Assembly: GCA_034780895.1 (NCBI GenBank)
Contig: JAUZTB010000076.1
Location: 33,228,878 to 33,287,024, forward strand
DNA length: 58,147 nt
Direction of reading: 5' to 3'
Origin: Rhynchobatus australiae
Taxonomy: Eukaryota
The first letter of the stretch is position 1; each line of letters begins with the position of its first letter. The position numbers and the translations under genes are program-made. Under the pieces are notes generated by a model. It was not told the DNA's origin and did not search any database. It saw only the letters and a program-made list of their open reading frames with translations. Shown here piece after piece: positions 11,616 through 24,195 of this stretch.

Positions 11616-14090
11616 GATGCTTACATATGACACTAATAATCTTCATACTTCTTTTCTCCAATATTACAAAAAATATATAAACCAACATCTAACTTATCTA
11701 GTATATTTCAAGCTTGTTCATTCTGCTGGAAGATATGCCTGCACTTTTATGCCACTCACTGTTTTGTAAGTGATGAACTTGATAGCAAAAAGAGAATATG
11801 GATCATAGTTTTTGTGCTTTTTCTAAAAATAAGCTTTTAAGAAATGATAACTGATAACTAGTACTATATTTTCAGGTAGTTATTTTTTGTTCAACACCTG
11901 AAATTTGAAGTAGGCTATTCAATCCCTTCTTTGGGATCAATACTGCAAAGGCAGAAGCTATCCAGCTCATTGTGTCAGCACTGGTTCTCTGAAGAGCTAT
12001 CCAATTAGCCTCACTTCCCTGCTACAGAACCATAGCATTTGCAGTTTTAAATCTCATATACTGGTTTTGTAATGGCATGATATTTAAATGAACCTGATAA
12101 TTCACAAATATCTGTCAATGTTTTTGATAGCATTTGAGCCACGATACGGAGCATCAAGGTTCAATTTTCTCTGTTTTGCTCGGTTTCCAATTTCAGTCAT
12201 CTCACTAAAGGAAGGCGCTGAGCACAAGTTAGCAAGGAGAAATGACAAGTCAGGGGAAGACTTCTCTATTCATCCCTACAATTATTCCATGATGACCAAT
12301 ACAAACTGACACTTGGGAACAGACCTCACACATGCAAGTACACCCCCTTCCCATGCCCCCACTATTATCATCATGATGTGGGAAAATCAGAAATATGTAG
12401 CAAGGAACTGTGCTGATAAATGAATGGGTAAATCTTAAAGGATGATGTAACAAAACATTACTGTTTGAACAGATGTTCTATTTTCAATGGAGAATACCAC
12501 CTTTCCGTATACACTCCCAAGGCCCTCCACCACCCCCACATTTGCTTTAACTTCAATTCCTTTTTTTGAAGTCAAGGAATGAAATTTCTGCCAATGATAA
12601 CTCAACTTGTTTAAATGAGCTTGACCCTTGTCCTTCCTGTGGGGAAATGACTTTCTTCCATTTGGTGACTCCCTTATTCCCTTTTCCAACTATTTTGAAG
12701 TTTCATTTTGTCTTAAAATGTTTCCAATAATGCAGCAAAATATGTAGCATAAATACTTTCCCCATTTCTCTCTTCAGGGGCATGACTGGCATCCATTAAA
12801 CATTTATTAATGGAATTTCCAGAATGAGAACCTACCATGTGGAGAACATCATTTTAAAAGCACGCATCCTTATACTTCCTTGGCACAACTTCAGTAACAC
12901 ACCTATCATAAACAAATATCCTTTAGTGATAACAACAGCTATACTGAAAGAGCGAATTAGTAGAGCATTGCATTCCCTTGGAGCTACCTCATTGACATCA
13001 CTACCGTGTCTTGCAGGGAGCATTCCATTGCTGGATGACAGAGTTCAGTAGAGCTCTTATCCAATCATGCCATTTTGGAGATTTGTTTCACTCCATTACT
13101 TTTTATTGGCAGATATTGGTGCTTACTCAGCACCAATTTTCAAAGCTCAGCACACTCCATTCAATGGTAAGAACTGTTCTGAACTACAACTTTCTGCACA
13201 CGAATTGAAACTAGTTGGTAAGAGTGATCTCTTTCATTCTACTGACAGAAATACCTACATGCTATCATATATATGAAAATGTAAATTGGTTTGAAGACTA
13301 TACCTATGAAAAGCAAAAGGCATGGGTTATGGTAATTTGGATATACCTCTTACCTCTGAGGAATACTTTCAAGCATTTTCAGAACGCTGAAGTTCACCTG
13401 CATTGATTTTTTAAAAATTCAGTTGTGGTTTTACATTTAAATCCCAGGGAACAGGATCTAATTGTATTCCAAATTCTGGAAAAATGTGGATTTATTCATC
13501 TTTAATTGCTAAAGTTGTAAATGTATGATAATTGGATGCTCCGTAGCATTAAGAGCTCAAACGTATCCAGCAGACAGTCACTTATCCTGATCATTTTGGT
13601 AATTTCTTAATTTTAGTAACAAGATGAAAGGAGATTTAGATGGGAAAATGATCTAGCTGAGACATGTGTCATTAATTATTACAACAACCAGACACAGCAA
13701 ATTATAATAGGCACATATAATGAAGTCATTGAAAGAGGTTTTCAAATATAGCTTGGATAAAAATAGTTGATTAAAAAAAAAATCACTGAATTGACAGAAA
13801 ACATGGGAAGTTACCAGCTGTTAACAAAACCATTGAATTTTTATTTTATTTTAAATCTTTAAAAGTCACCACTATGAATCCTTTCCCTCTTATTCTATAA
13901 TCAAACTGGAAAAAAGAACCACCACCTCTCAGTTTTATAGCCCACAATGCACACAAGGATTTTTATTTCCTAGAGTTTTTATTTTCTGTACTAGCAGTAA
14001 TTCAAGGCACCACACTACAAGCTACTTGGCCAAGACCCTAGACTCTTTAGTAGGAGCTACAGGGAAGGGCTCTCAGCGGCCGTGCCTCAC

Positions 14091-14219
14091 CTCTGGGTGC
14101 TGTAATCACAGGCCGATGATGATGTGTAAATGCCGTTCGAGGGGAGGTGGTCTGCGAAGGCGTGGGACTGCTGAAACCAGACTTCTCTGACTTCTTTAAT
14201 GTAGTAGGCGATGGCATTC
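14091..14219 (-). CDS. NFIA: NFIA internal coding exon (equivalent to human exon 7), 129 nt, phase 1-1
   Basis: The minus strand reads cattcttgccag|GA ATG CCA TCG ... CCC AGA G|gtgagg. It translates (G)[42 protein letters not shown], matching [47 protein letters not shown]. It splices in frame with the 47523-47650 exon. Confidence 0.97.
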
Positions 14220-14276
14220 CTGGCAAGAATGATTGATAAGTGCAATTTTAATAATGCTAGGTCATGAAACGACAGC

Positions 14277-14395
14277 CTGTGCAATGTGGAGGGGGAGGGA
14301 AAGGGGTGCAAAAGCAGCATGAGTGGGGGAAGAGAGAAGAGGGGGGAAAGGGAAGAGATTGCAGACAGAAAGAGTTAAGCAGCGCAAAAAGCATT
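14277..14395 (-). promoter_or_regulatory. Long polypyrimidine tract, AG-exclusion zone and distant branch-point candidate upstream of the 129-nt exon
   Basis: The minus strand has no AG between ~14395 and the CAG whose AG is at 14278-14277. A CTTAAC branch-like motif at 14379-14374 is followed by ~95 nt of C/T-rich sequence. Confidence 0.7.
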
Positions 14396-14989
14396 CTGCA
14401 TCATTCACGTTCTATGGTGCCTCAGCATGTTTACTTAGCAACTTCAAACAACATTCCTTGTCAGGTTAATAATAGAGAAAAGAGTATGCATGCAAGAAAA
14501 TGTTTTCAAGGATGAGCTACATTCATAAACCATGCTCCTGTATCTAACCTAAACCTGCAAATGAATTCCGTTGGATTTTGAGACTGAAAATGCCAGAAGT
14601 GTCAAACTTCCACTTGCTTCAAAGGATTCATAGAACATTTACTTAACACCATAATCAAGGATACTGAACAGCCATCTGGGAAACACTCAAAATACTCTAT
14701 CAAGGAGTTGGCCTCATAAACCATGATTGGCAGGCTACAATTTGGTAACAGAAGTCAAGTCAGAAGCGAAATGGTTTTTGTGCCCTGTGCATGAATGTGC
14801 AATATACTAATTAGCCCAGTTAAGTATCAGGAAATACTAGTTTTCTGGATATGTTTGAATTTTTTTTCTTAAAAGGGTTTTTATTTTGTGGGCAGTTACT
14901 TTTGAGGAAGTAGAGATTTACCCATATCCAGCTGTGCTGGGTAATGTAATCATACACACAACAATGTTATGGCGCACCGTTAAGCTTCA

Positions 14990-15295
14990 AATATCCTCAA
15001 GACAGACATACTCTGCCGGTTTGATATGTTGCTAAGATGCCAGGGTTCCTGAGTCACACCATTTCTATGGAGTGTTGTTATGCATTACATATCACCAAGC
15101 CAGACGCAATCTGTTGTTGTGATGTGTTACTAGGCTCCAAGTAGCCCCACGTGAGACACTACACTGTTGATGTGACATGTTGCTAGGATCCATGTAATAT
15201 CAAGCCAAACACATTGTACTGCTATGGCCAAACATAAGAAGCCCAATGATCCCTTATCAGACACTCACTGATGCTGTGACAAAGCTCTAGTTAGT
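14990..15295. repeat. Degenerate tandem repeat, ~52-54-nt unit, ~6 copies
   Basis: Recurring caag(c/a)cagac.ca.tctg..g.tgtga.atgttgctagg.tcca, with units starting near 14991, 15090, 15143, 15196 and 15248. Confidence 0.7.
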
Positions 15296-17014
15296 ATTTT
15301 CTGCATTTTCATTAGACATTATTTGACTAGTTCACTGGGATACCCTTATGTATAGAAACACCTACACAACAATAAGTAGATAACAAAGCTAGATTAAACT
15401 CATCTTTGCTGTTTTCAGTAATAGTCCGACTTTCATCCTTTCAGAGGAATAAAACAGACATCTTGCATCACTTTCAAATCTCTCTTTGTTTCAGTATAAT
15501 TGATAAACAATTAAAAATTCGTAAAACAAAAATTACTTGATTGCACATCTGTAGACTTCTGCTGTGTGACCTTTGACTTTGTGTGGTCACTAAAGAAATA
15601 TGTTTCCAGATCTGAAAGAAACAAGCAGCACAGAGGAATGGAGCAAATTTATATATAGATAAATATATATAATATGATAAATGTGCTTTAAATAACATCT
15701 TTAAGAGGAGTTTGACACTTTGGCATCTTGTGTGTTTATTAACCTTTTATCCAATTAAAAAACAAGTCATGCAACGCATCCACTGTTGACTGCCTTTTTA
15801 GATGTGTTTAACGTCTGGTGGATTTAGAGCACAATTGGTCACCGATATTCACACAGCAGTGAAAAGGTGACAGAATTAAGGTTTTTTTTGTACAGTTGAA
15901 CTTTACCTAACCTCAAATTCCATGGTATTAAAAATACTTTAAATGTTTTAGGTACAGACCAAATAGTCCGAAGGTAGCAAAGGGCAGGGATTTCTATCAG
16001 TCAGAGCAGTGTCACACCACTTCCTGATGATGTTAATACCAGATCAGTTCAACAATAAAACATACAACTTTGGAAGGTATTTACCTACGGTCACACAGAA
16101 GAAATCATCTGAAGTTTTAAACACTGCAACAAATTACAATCCTTTACAAATAGTAATATGCAGCTTGGTTGAACTAATTTATGATTCAGTCCTTTATTAC
16201 TGCAGCTTGTAGAATTCCCTTAAACACTTAATTATGCAAATGACAAGGTATTAATAATTGGCTTTTGAAAAGTGTCTTAACTTATTAAGTAATGAAGACA
16301 GATATTTCTTCTCCAAATTTGTGCACTATTATCTTTTAGAAATGCCAAATGAAAGCTATTTATGCAAAATACAAATGTAAGATTGCATTTTATTACAGAA
16401 TGTAAACCAGAATGTAAGGGAAAGTTTCTTTCTATGAATAAATATACAACAGGAAAATAGTATAGAGATAAATCAATTTGTGTTATGATTAATGCTCAGT
16501 TCCAAGATTATTATATCTAACAGATAATTGACAGTAAGTATTATAAAATTCAGCTGCCATATTCTGTGCAAGTCATTTCCCAATAAAAGATAAGCATAAA
16601 CAGAAGGATAAAAGGAAATGATTCTCTTCTTCCTTGGGGGCTAAGCATATGTGGCCTTTTGAGATGCTGTTCTCTTTATCTGTTACTCTAATAGCTGTTC
16701 AATCCAATACTTGCTGCAGATATTTGCAAAAATTGAACAGAGTGAAAAATAAATGATATTATCTTGAGGCCTTAGTAATTAAAATATGTTTGCTTCATAA
16801 AATTTATAGATTTGCAGCCAACCTGTACTCATCTTAACAAGTCATTTTTTTTGTCAAGAGCTTTGGAAAACTACACAACTATATACATTAAGGACAACAA
16901 AATATTACATTTCACCAAATCCATACTCATACCTATTGGCTGATCTGAAATTGCAACAGCTTAAAATTTACTTATATAGGTTCAGAGGTAATTATTCAAA
17001 TATACAGCATATTA

Positions 17015-17285
17015 TAACAACAACTTGAATCGATATAAATGTCTTCAACATGTTAAATCCACTCAAGGCAAGTCAAAAGAGCTTTTAATTAAAATTTTAC
17101 ACTTAGCCATAAATAGAGCTGTGAGGGGAGATAACTAAAGGCTTGATTAAAGAAGAATAGGTTTTAAAGAGCATTTTGTAAATGGAAAGAGAAGAACTTT
17201 CCAACTTTAGGACCAAAGCAGCTGAAATCACAGCTACCAATGGTAAATTTGGGGATGTGCAGAAGTCGCAAGGAGAACTCAAAGG
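17015..17285 (-). mobile_element. L2 LINE 3' end fragment
   Basis: Reverse-strand remnant of the L2 C-terminus (SLS.YKMLFKTY) with an acaacaacttg tail; similar to 19470-19750 and 54070-54490. Confidence 0.65.
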
Positions 17286-17944
17286 CTTGTAGCCCATTCA
17301 ATTACATACACTTCATATCCATGTCCAAACCTCTGCCTTTTCCAATATCATGCATAAACAATCTCAGAAGTCATCAAAATCATGGGGAAAACCTTGTAAA
17401 TTTATTTCTCTTCAACAAAGGGTTTTAAGGCCACTGAATCCCTTCTTATGCCACATAACTCAACATAGCCTGGGCATTGAATTGTGTGGTTTGTCAGACT
17501 CAGTTGCACAACAGATGAGCAAATTGTGCTATGAAGAAAATTAGTGCTCATTTTTACTTTGGAAGCCACAATATGGCTACATGCTTCCTTTAGTCAACAT
17601 TCTTACCATAATGGCTGTGCAGGAGAAATTAAACTCACGTAAACTAAACTTGGGGAAGGAGGCAAAAGAAAAAATGATTCAATTACACAACACATTAATA
17701 TTACTTTGCTGGATATTGCAAGTTTACATATAGTAGTAATCTAGTAATGCTTCTGGATTCCTGCCTACATGTTTGCTGAAAATGTTATTGTCTTAGCCTT
17801 TTCTGCTAAATTGGTATCAATTGATGTTCTTTGTAGCCATTTATTTCAGATGCTGAATTATTTGTCAGTAAAGAAGTGCAAAGGAGCTTAACTGGTACAA
17901 CAAGTGAAGCAGAAACAAGTTGAAGGGAACACCTTTGAGTGATA

Positions 17945-19450
17945 ATAACAACATACAAATTGGGAGCAGGAGGAAGCCACTCAACCCCTCTACCTCGCTC
18001 TGTCATTGAATAACATGGCTGATTTGATTTTAGTCTTAACTCTGCATACTTATCTATCCATGGCAACCTTTCACTTCCTTATTTAAGGAAGGATGTTAAT
18101 GCAGTAGAAGCAGTTCAGAAAAGAATTACTAGATACCTGGAATCAGCGGGTTGTCTTATGCTAGAGCTATCCACCTCTTAAAAATATTGAAAGATCCTGT
18201 TTCCACCACCTTTTGAGGAAGAGAGTTCCAAAGAATTGTGATCCACTGAGAGAAAAAAAATGTCACCTAATTTCTGTCTTAAATGAGTGAAGTCTCATTT
18301 TTAAGATGTAACCCCTTGTTCTAGATTCTCCAACAAGAGAATATCTTCACATCCATTCTGTCAAAACCCTCTTGCTCTTCTAAACTTCAACAGCAACATG
18401 CCCAGACTATCCAAACTTCCACATCAGATAACTCAACCATCCATAAATGTCCAGTAATCCTTCTCTAAACCTCTTCCACTGCATTAACATCATTCCTTAA
18501 ATAAAGATCAATACCGCACAGTATTCTTGATGTGGTCTCACCAATGCCTCCCTACTTTTGCATTCAATTCCTCTTGCAATAAACAATAACATTATTTGCT
18601 TTCCTAATTGCTGGCTAAACCTGACATTAACCTTTAGCAAATCATGGAACAAGACACTCAAATCTCTCAATGCTTCAAAGCTCTGCAATCTTTCACCATT
18701 TAGATAAAATGTTTCTTTTTTACAATTCCACATTTTCCCAATACCGTTTGCCAGATCTTTGCCAACTCTTCTAGTTTATCTGTATTTCCATGTAGCCTCC
18801 TCTTAGACTCTTCACAATCTATCAGCCATCAGGAAATTTCAGAAACTATACCTTTGATGCCTTCATCCAAGTCATTTATATCAATTGTAAAATGTTGAGG
18901 ATCCAGCACTGATCCCCTTGGCACAGCATCTGTTACATTTTGCCAACCCCAGAAAAAGCATTTCTCTCTTTTCCATTTTCTGTTTGCCAGGTAAACTTTT
19001 ATCCACAACTAAAAATTAACTCCTAATGATGTTTTATTTTCTGAAATGCCCTTTTATGCGAGACCTTATTAAATATGATCTGGAGAATGAAGTATGGTAC
19101 ATCCACCGATTCTCCTTTATCCACAGCACATGTTACTTATTCAAAAGTCTCCAATGAATTGGTCAAATGCATGTTGACTTTGTGCAAGTGTCATTCTATA
19201 ACATATTTAATAGAAGCTTCTAACATATTCCTTGACATAGATATTCAGCTAACTGGCTTGACATTTTTTTTGTTTCCCCTCAGTTTTTGATTGAAATATT
19301 GTCTACTTTCCCATCTATCGGAACCATCCTCAAATCTAGGGAATTTTGGAAAATTAAAACAATGCATCAACTATCTCACTAGTAACTCCTTTTAAGATCA
19401 TAGGATGAAGTTTATCAGGGCCTAGAGACTTGTCAGCCCACAGTTCCAAT
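17945..19450 (-). mobile_element. CR1 LINE 3' ~1.5 kb, decayed, with a short internal inverted piece
   Basis: Peptides FYLNGERLQSFEALRDLSVL, LLFIARGIECKSREALVRPHQEYC; CR1 3' tail ggagcaggaggaagccactcaacccct at ~17960. Confidence 0.88.
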
Positions 19451-19469
19451 GCAAACATGAATTTATGAA

Positions 19470-19750
19470 TTTTAATAAAATACCCTAAGGCACTTATAGG
19501 AGTGTTGTCGANNNNNNNNNNCAAATTTTCACACTAAGCCAAAAAAAGGGAGAGATTGGCAAGATGACTAAATGCTTGGTAAAAGATTTAAGTATAAATA
19601 ACCACCTTAAAAGGGAGAAAGAGAGATAACCTCGTTGAAATGTTTTCGAGAGGGAATTCCAGGGCTAGAGGTATGGCAACAGAGACATAGTCATCAATGA
19701 TAGGGCATTTAAATTCAAGAAGGAACATCTAACTAAAATCTCAAGCTTCA
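19470..19750 (-). mobile_element. L2 LINE 3' end fragment
   Basis: ccctaaggcactt..aaattttcacactaagcca..gactaaatgcttggtaaaaga..gagggaattccagggc, homologous to 17015-17285. Confidence 0.6.
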
Positions 19751-20699
19751 CAATGCAGGGCATATCTAAGGTCGCAGAATATCTATTCTGCAGTATATCT
19801 ATTGGTTACAGAACTATTAATGATAATGGGAACTACAAAACTAGGCTTTTGCAGATAGAAGGTCATAGTTCTGAGGTCCGAGGAAAGAACAGGAAAGAAT
19901 ATAATGAAAAGAAGATTTAACACTGAGGATGTATGGAAGGGAAATAACACAACAAGCAACTAAACATATCCTTTGAAGGGATGCAATAGATTACAGAATG
20001 ATCAGGAAAAACTGTCAACAAATTTTTCACAGCAAGCTGATCTGGAAATTTAAGTTAATAAGAGTGACATGTTCTGATTTTTACTTCTGAAAATGTGTGT
20101 CTAACCAGAGATTGGAAGACTCTTGGCTCAGGCTGTCCCTTACAGGAGACAAGATCTGAATGGTTGGCAACATACATAGAAAGAATGCTATATAAATGCT
20201 CAAGCTGGTGTTTGTTCAACATCTGCGCACAGAGACTAATTGTCACAATAGCATTGCAAACCATGTTGGAAATTTGCTGCAAGTGGGTTGAATGTTGAGC
20301 AACAAAAAGGAAAAAAAAAATGCAGCTACTCAGCTGGTTAAACAGCTTGAAACTGCAGCCATGAAATGCAATGACAACCTCATTGCTAAAGCTGAACAAA
20401 ATAAAACTGAAGAAAATAATTCTGACAGGCTCCTCTGAGAGGAACCAATGGTAGTAAGAGTTTCTGCTTTCTATATATCCAGCAAAAGTGGCATTTATTT
20501 ATAAAGAAATAGCTATGATAAATAACTTAACTCACTGATATTTAAAGAAGACAGCTTAAAACTGACCCACCTCAGGGAAATGGCTTAACCCACACCAATA
20601 TGATGCAAGTTTCTCCTTTCATTCTCAGTAAAGATCTCAAATAGGCCTTTTATTTCAATCCTAGAGATGTAAATTTAATGGGATCTAAAACCACCCAGT

Positions 20700-21045
20700 G
20701 CTCTGTTTAGTGACCTTCAGGGGCATAAAATTAAATCCCAACCTGAATTTGACCCAATCTTGTCAACCCAAATCCAACGCAAGCCCAGGAACATAATGTT
20801 TTTGATACCTGATCTGAATTCGAATCCAAAGCAGATTGTTGGATCCTGGTAGGATTGGGACAGGTAACCAGGCACTGGTTGAAGTACAGAGTCTTGGAGC
20901 ATTTATTTATAAAGAGCTGGCCTGGCCTCATCTGACTTAAGAAGAGGTAAGCCAAAGGATTTCAATTTTTTAGATACCTGACCCAACCCATGTTGTCAAG
21001 TTCCATTGGGTCTGGGTCGGGTCGTGGGCTCCAGCTCCACTGACA
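20700..21045. mobile_element. Probable non-autonomous hAT-type DNA transposon remnant
   Basis: Multiple ACCCAA/ACCTGA motifs (CpG-decayed ACCCGA) facing TGGGTCTGGGTCGGGTCG at the right end, resembling hAT subterminal motif arrays. Confidence 0.45.
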
Positions 21046-22807
21046 TTCGTATTCAGAAAATTTATAATAAACTAAAGATAAAATACTGCAGCTGCTGGAA
21101 AGCTGAAACGGAACTGAAAATACTCAGTATATCAGGCAGTATTCTCTCTACCCTGATGCTGACAGACCTGCTGCATATATCCAGTGTTATATCAGGTGAC
21201 AATAAGATGTGTCCAGAATAATTTGTCATTGTGGGCTTGTGCATTCTGTGACAGGTCCAACCTGGTGCAGGGCAGATTCCCCAGTGTAAATGGTAAGGAA
21301 TATCTGAAAGAGGGGCTCTTCCATGGGGAGTCCAGTGGTAAAGCACAGACAGGAATTATTTGATGGATCTCCACTGAACAAATTTGAGATTTCCAGCTAT
21401 GTATATGCAGACATTCTTGACTTGTTGGTATTTACCAGCAAAATCTGGACCAATGTGTTTGGCGTCCAAAATGGGTAAACCAAACTCGTTAGAATCATGG
21501 TCGATGATGGAGGGATATCTTTTTGCTGCATTAAAGCATCCGAGTAAACAATGGAAAGTTCCTTTAACTTACTCACTCAGCTCTACTAAAATATAAAAGT
21601 TATAAGTTTGAAAGCTACAATTGCTTTGCACCCAAGCTGGCAGTTTTAAGAAAATTTACTCTCTGTCACTGCACTTGTTGATTCTTGCAGTAAAAGTTAT
21701 ATTTATTGCTGGTGCTCAGGGATTTTCATGCTGGGCATGAGGAATATCATAAATGGAGTACACAACAGACATCTAACTTAGTGAATGAGTATGACCAGAT
21801 GTTATTTTCCCAAATGAACATTCAACATCTACAATAACTTCATTTGGTTAACATTCAGTCTCTTAAAAATTAAAATTGGAAAATGGCAGGAGTTTGCTAT
21901 GGTCTAAAGAAAACCTGTTAACTTAATTTCTCCACAATTTACTGATTTCTCAAGCTCAAATTCCTGAACAAATTGTGGAATGTGATAAATGCCAACTCAC
22001 AATTCTCCAACCATTTGCTCATATTACATTCTTCACTGCCATCACTATTCACTTAATTAATAAGCAGAGGAATACACAACTTGTATTGCTTTAAATTTTA
22101 TCTTTATTTTTTGCAGTCATTTTCAAACTCAAAATGGTATCGAACCTGCTCGTTGATAACAAAGAAGTCATATTGTTACTGTCCTATGGTAACACAACCG
22201 TGGACAAACTGCAAATGGGCAGAATTAAGCCAAGATCTTTTGGCTTGTCTGCTGCAATATTTTGATCGTATCTGCTTCTTTGATTTGAAGGCATCTCCAA
22301 ATCCCTGATGTGCTGAGGCTTTGGATGTACTTCCCAGTGCTGTACTTCCCAGTAATTCACTGGCATGAAAATGGGTCTTGGAACAGAATTACTGCCAGGT
22401 GAAAGCAGCAGGGAGAAGTTCAGCACCACTGTAGATTCAGTAAATCAGTGAATTTATACCCTAATATTTTACTTACTGAAAAGGATCTTCCACAGTTTTT
22501 CTACTGTGCGTGATTTCTGAATCACCACCATGACTGAGGTAGAATTTATTTTTCACACTGAGATGTAATTTATTGGTTTCCCACAACAAATACGAACAAT
22601 CAAACACATGCCATCTTTCAAATTAACAATAACCTTTCTTGGTTACAATGTTAGCAGGTGGCCAGAACAGAAATTTAGGAAGCCTATACTAAAGATGCAG
22701 AAAATGCATTAAGTACACACAAAAAAAATACACAATGCAACTGGAATTTCTAAGCAGTTCTCCAGCAGTACAGCTTGCTTGGCATGTACAGTGTAGAGGC
22801 CCTATTA

Positions 22808-22908
22808 AATAAAAGCAAAAAACAAACTTCTGGAAGAACTCAGCAGATCAAAACAACATCAATGGAAGTAAAGGGACAGTCGACATTTTAGGTCGAGACA
22901 CTGCATCA
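22808..22908 (-). repeat. Penelope-type terminal repeat remnant with degenerate hammerhead core
   Basis: The reverse complement reads TGATGCA GTGTCTCGACCT AAAA TGTCGAC...gatctgctgagttcttccagaagtttgtttttt. Confidence 0.55.
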
Positions 22909-23689
22909 TTTTAATTAGTCTCCAAGTTACTTTCCCCAGTAATTCTTTGTCCAACTTCACTTCCATTAAGATTTCTGGTGGAAGCTTTTTTCATATTTTG
23001 ATAGGTAAACAGTAGCAGCTATAACTATGCTGGGAGAGGGACCAGGGGTTTGGATTATTCTCTGAGTATCTGTTGTATGTTCAGTATTCAAAAAGTGTAA
23101 ATTTATTTTGTGTAAAAATTTGTGTGGATTTATTAGAACAACACTGAAATGCTTCTTAGCATTACAGTATCTTTACAGCTAGTGAAGTTTCATTCTGTAT
23201 TTGAAGGAAAAATGTATTTAAGTATCACTAACAACAAGAAGTTAAATTGAAAAAGAGCANNNNNNNNNNNNNNNNNNNNNNNNNNNNNNNNNNNNNNNNN
23301 NNNNNNNNNNNNNNNNNNNNNNNNNNNNNNNNNNNNNNNNNNNNNNNNNNNNNNNNNNNAGACCATTGCCCACTCTTCAAAAGCTAAAAAAAATGCAGGC
23401 TGCATCATAACATTTAGAAAACTCAAGGAAGCTTTATCGTAGCATCAGACTTCACTTAGAATATTGTGGTCTATTTGGAGCTTCCACATTTGGATGGAAT
23501 CATTGACCAGCATGGTCTGAGAGATGGAGTGATTAATCCAGGATTGTAAGCAGGATATATCTGGAGAATAAGGAATTATAAGGGTAATTTGGGCATTAGA
23601 AATAAGGAAGGGAATTGGCATGAGTGTATTATAGCACTTCTGCAGTACCACCTATGTTGTTTGTGCAAAATCCTCCAAAATCACTGGCA

Positions 23690-24195
23690 GATAAGTGGAC
23701 TACTGTAAGTATCCTCTGCAAGGCCAATATCCTCAGCTTTGAGGCCCTAAGCTCAGTCAGATTTGATGGGCAGGTCAGTTTTTTGTCTGCCTTACACCAG
23801 GCTCCTGACACAGACAGTCTCTTCCAAGCTCTAATAAAAGGCAAAGACCACCAGACAGATAGAGGAAATGATTCAAGAATGCCCTTAAAGCATCCTTGAA
23901 AACATGCAAAATCCTCACTGACTCCTAGGAATACCCGGGCAATGACTGCACAAAGTAAAGGAGGAACATTTAGGAATGCATTGAGAACCTCGTCCATTCA
24001 CCGAGGGCTCACTGAAGCCCAATGTAAATGGGGGAAAGACTGCACCATCTCCCAAACTAGTCAATCGCTCAGCCTGTCAACCACCTGCTGTGCCAGTGTC
24101 TGTGGGTACCACCTTGATCTCTTCAGATACATCAGTCCCTCCCCCCCCACCCCCAGGACTGGGAAGTTATCCTTGACCATGAGGAACTTTTAAGA
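23690..24195 (+). mobile_element. RTE-clade LINE 3' fragment
   Basis: VSILCKANILSFEAL, then aggaaatgattcaagaatgcccttaaagcatccttgaaaacatgc (RKRFKDALKASLKTC-like); homologous to 3164-3600 in the opposite orientation. Confidence 0.75.

Noticed and set aside
1-14090. Search for the next NFIA exon (ASPHATPSTLHFP...) here and for the preceding exon beyond 47650
   Set aside because: Not found by eye; these exons presumably lie outside the window or in a gap, so no feature was called.
14087-14320. 77-aa ORF-track protein overlapping the NFIA exon
   Set aside because: It is the wrong reading frame; the NFIA-matching frame is shifted by one base and bounded by splice sites.
14990-15295. Possible CRISPR-like repeat-spacer array
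   Set aside because: The context is a eukaryotic intron, the units diverge along their whole length with no constant repeat/unique spacer pattern, and there are no cas genes.
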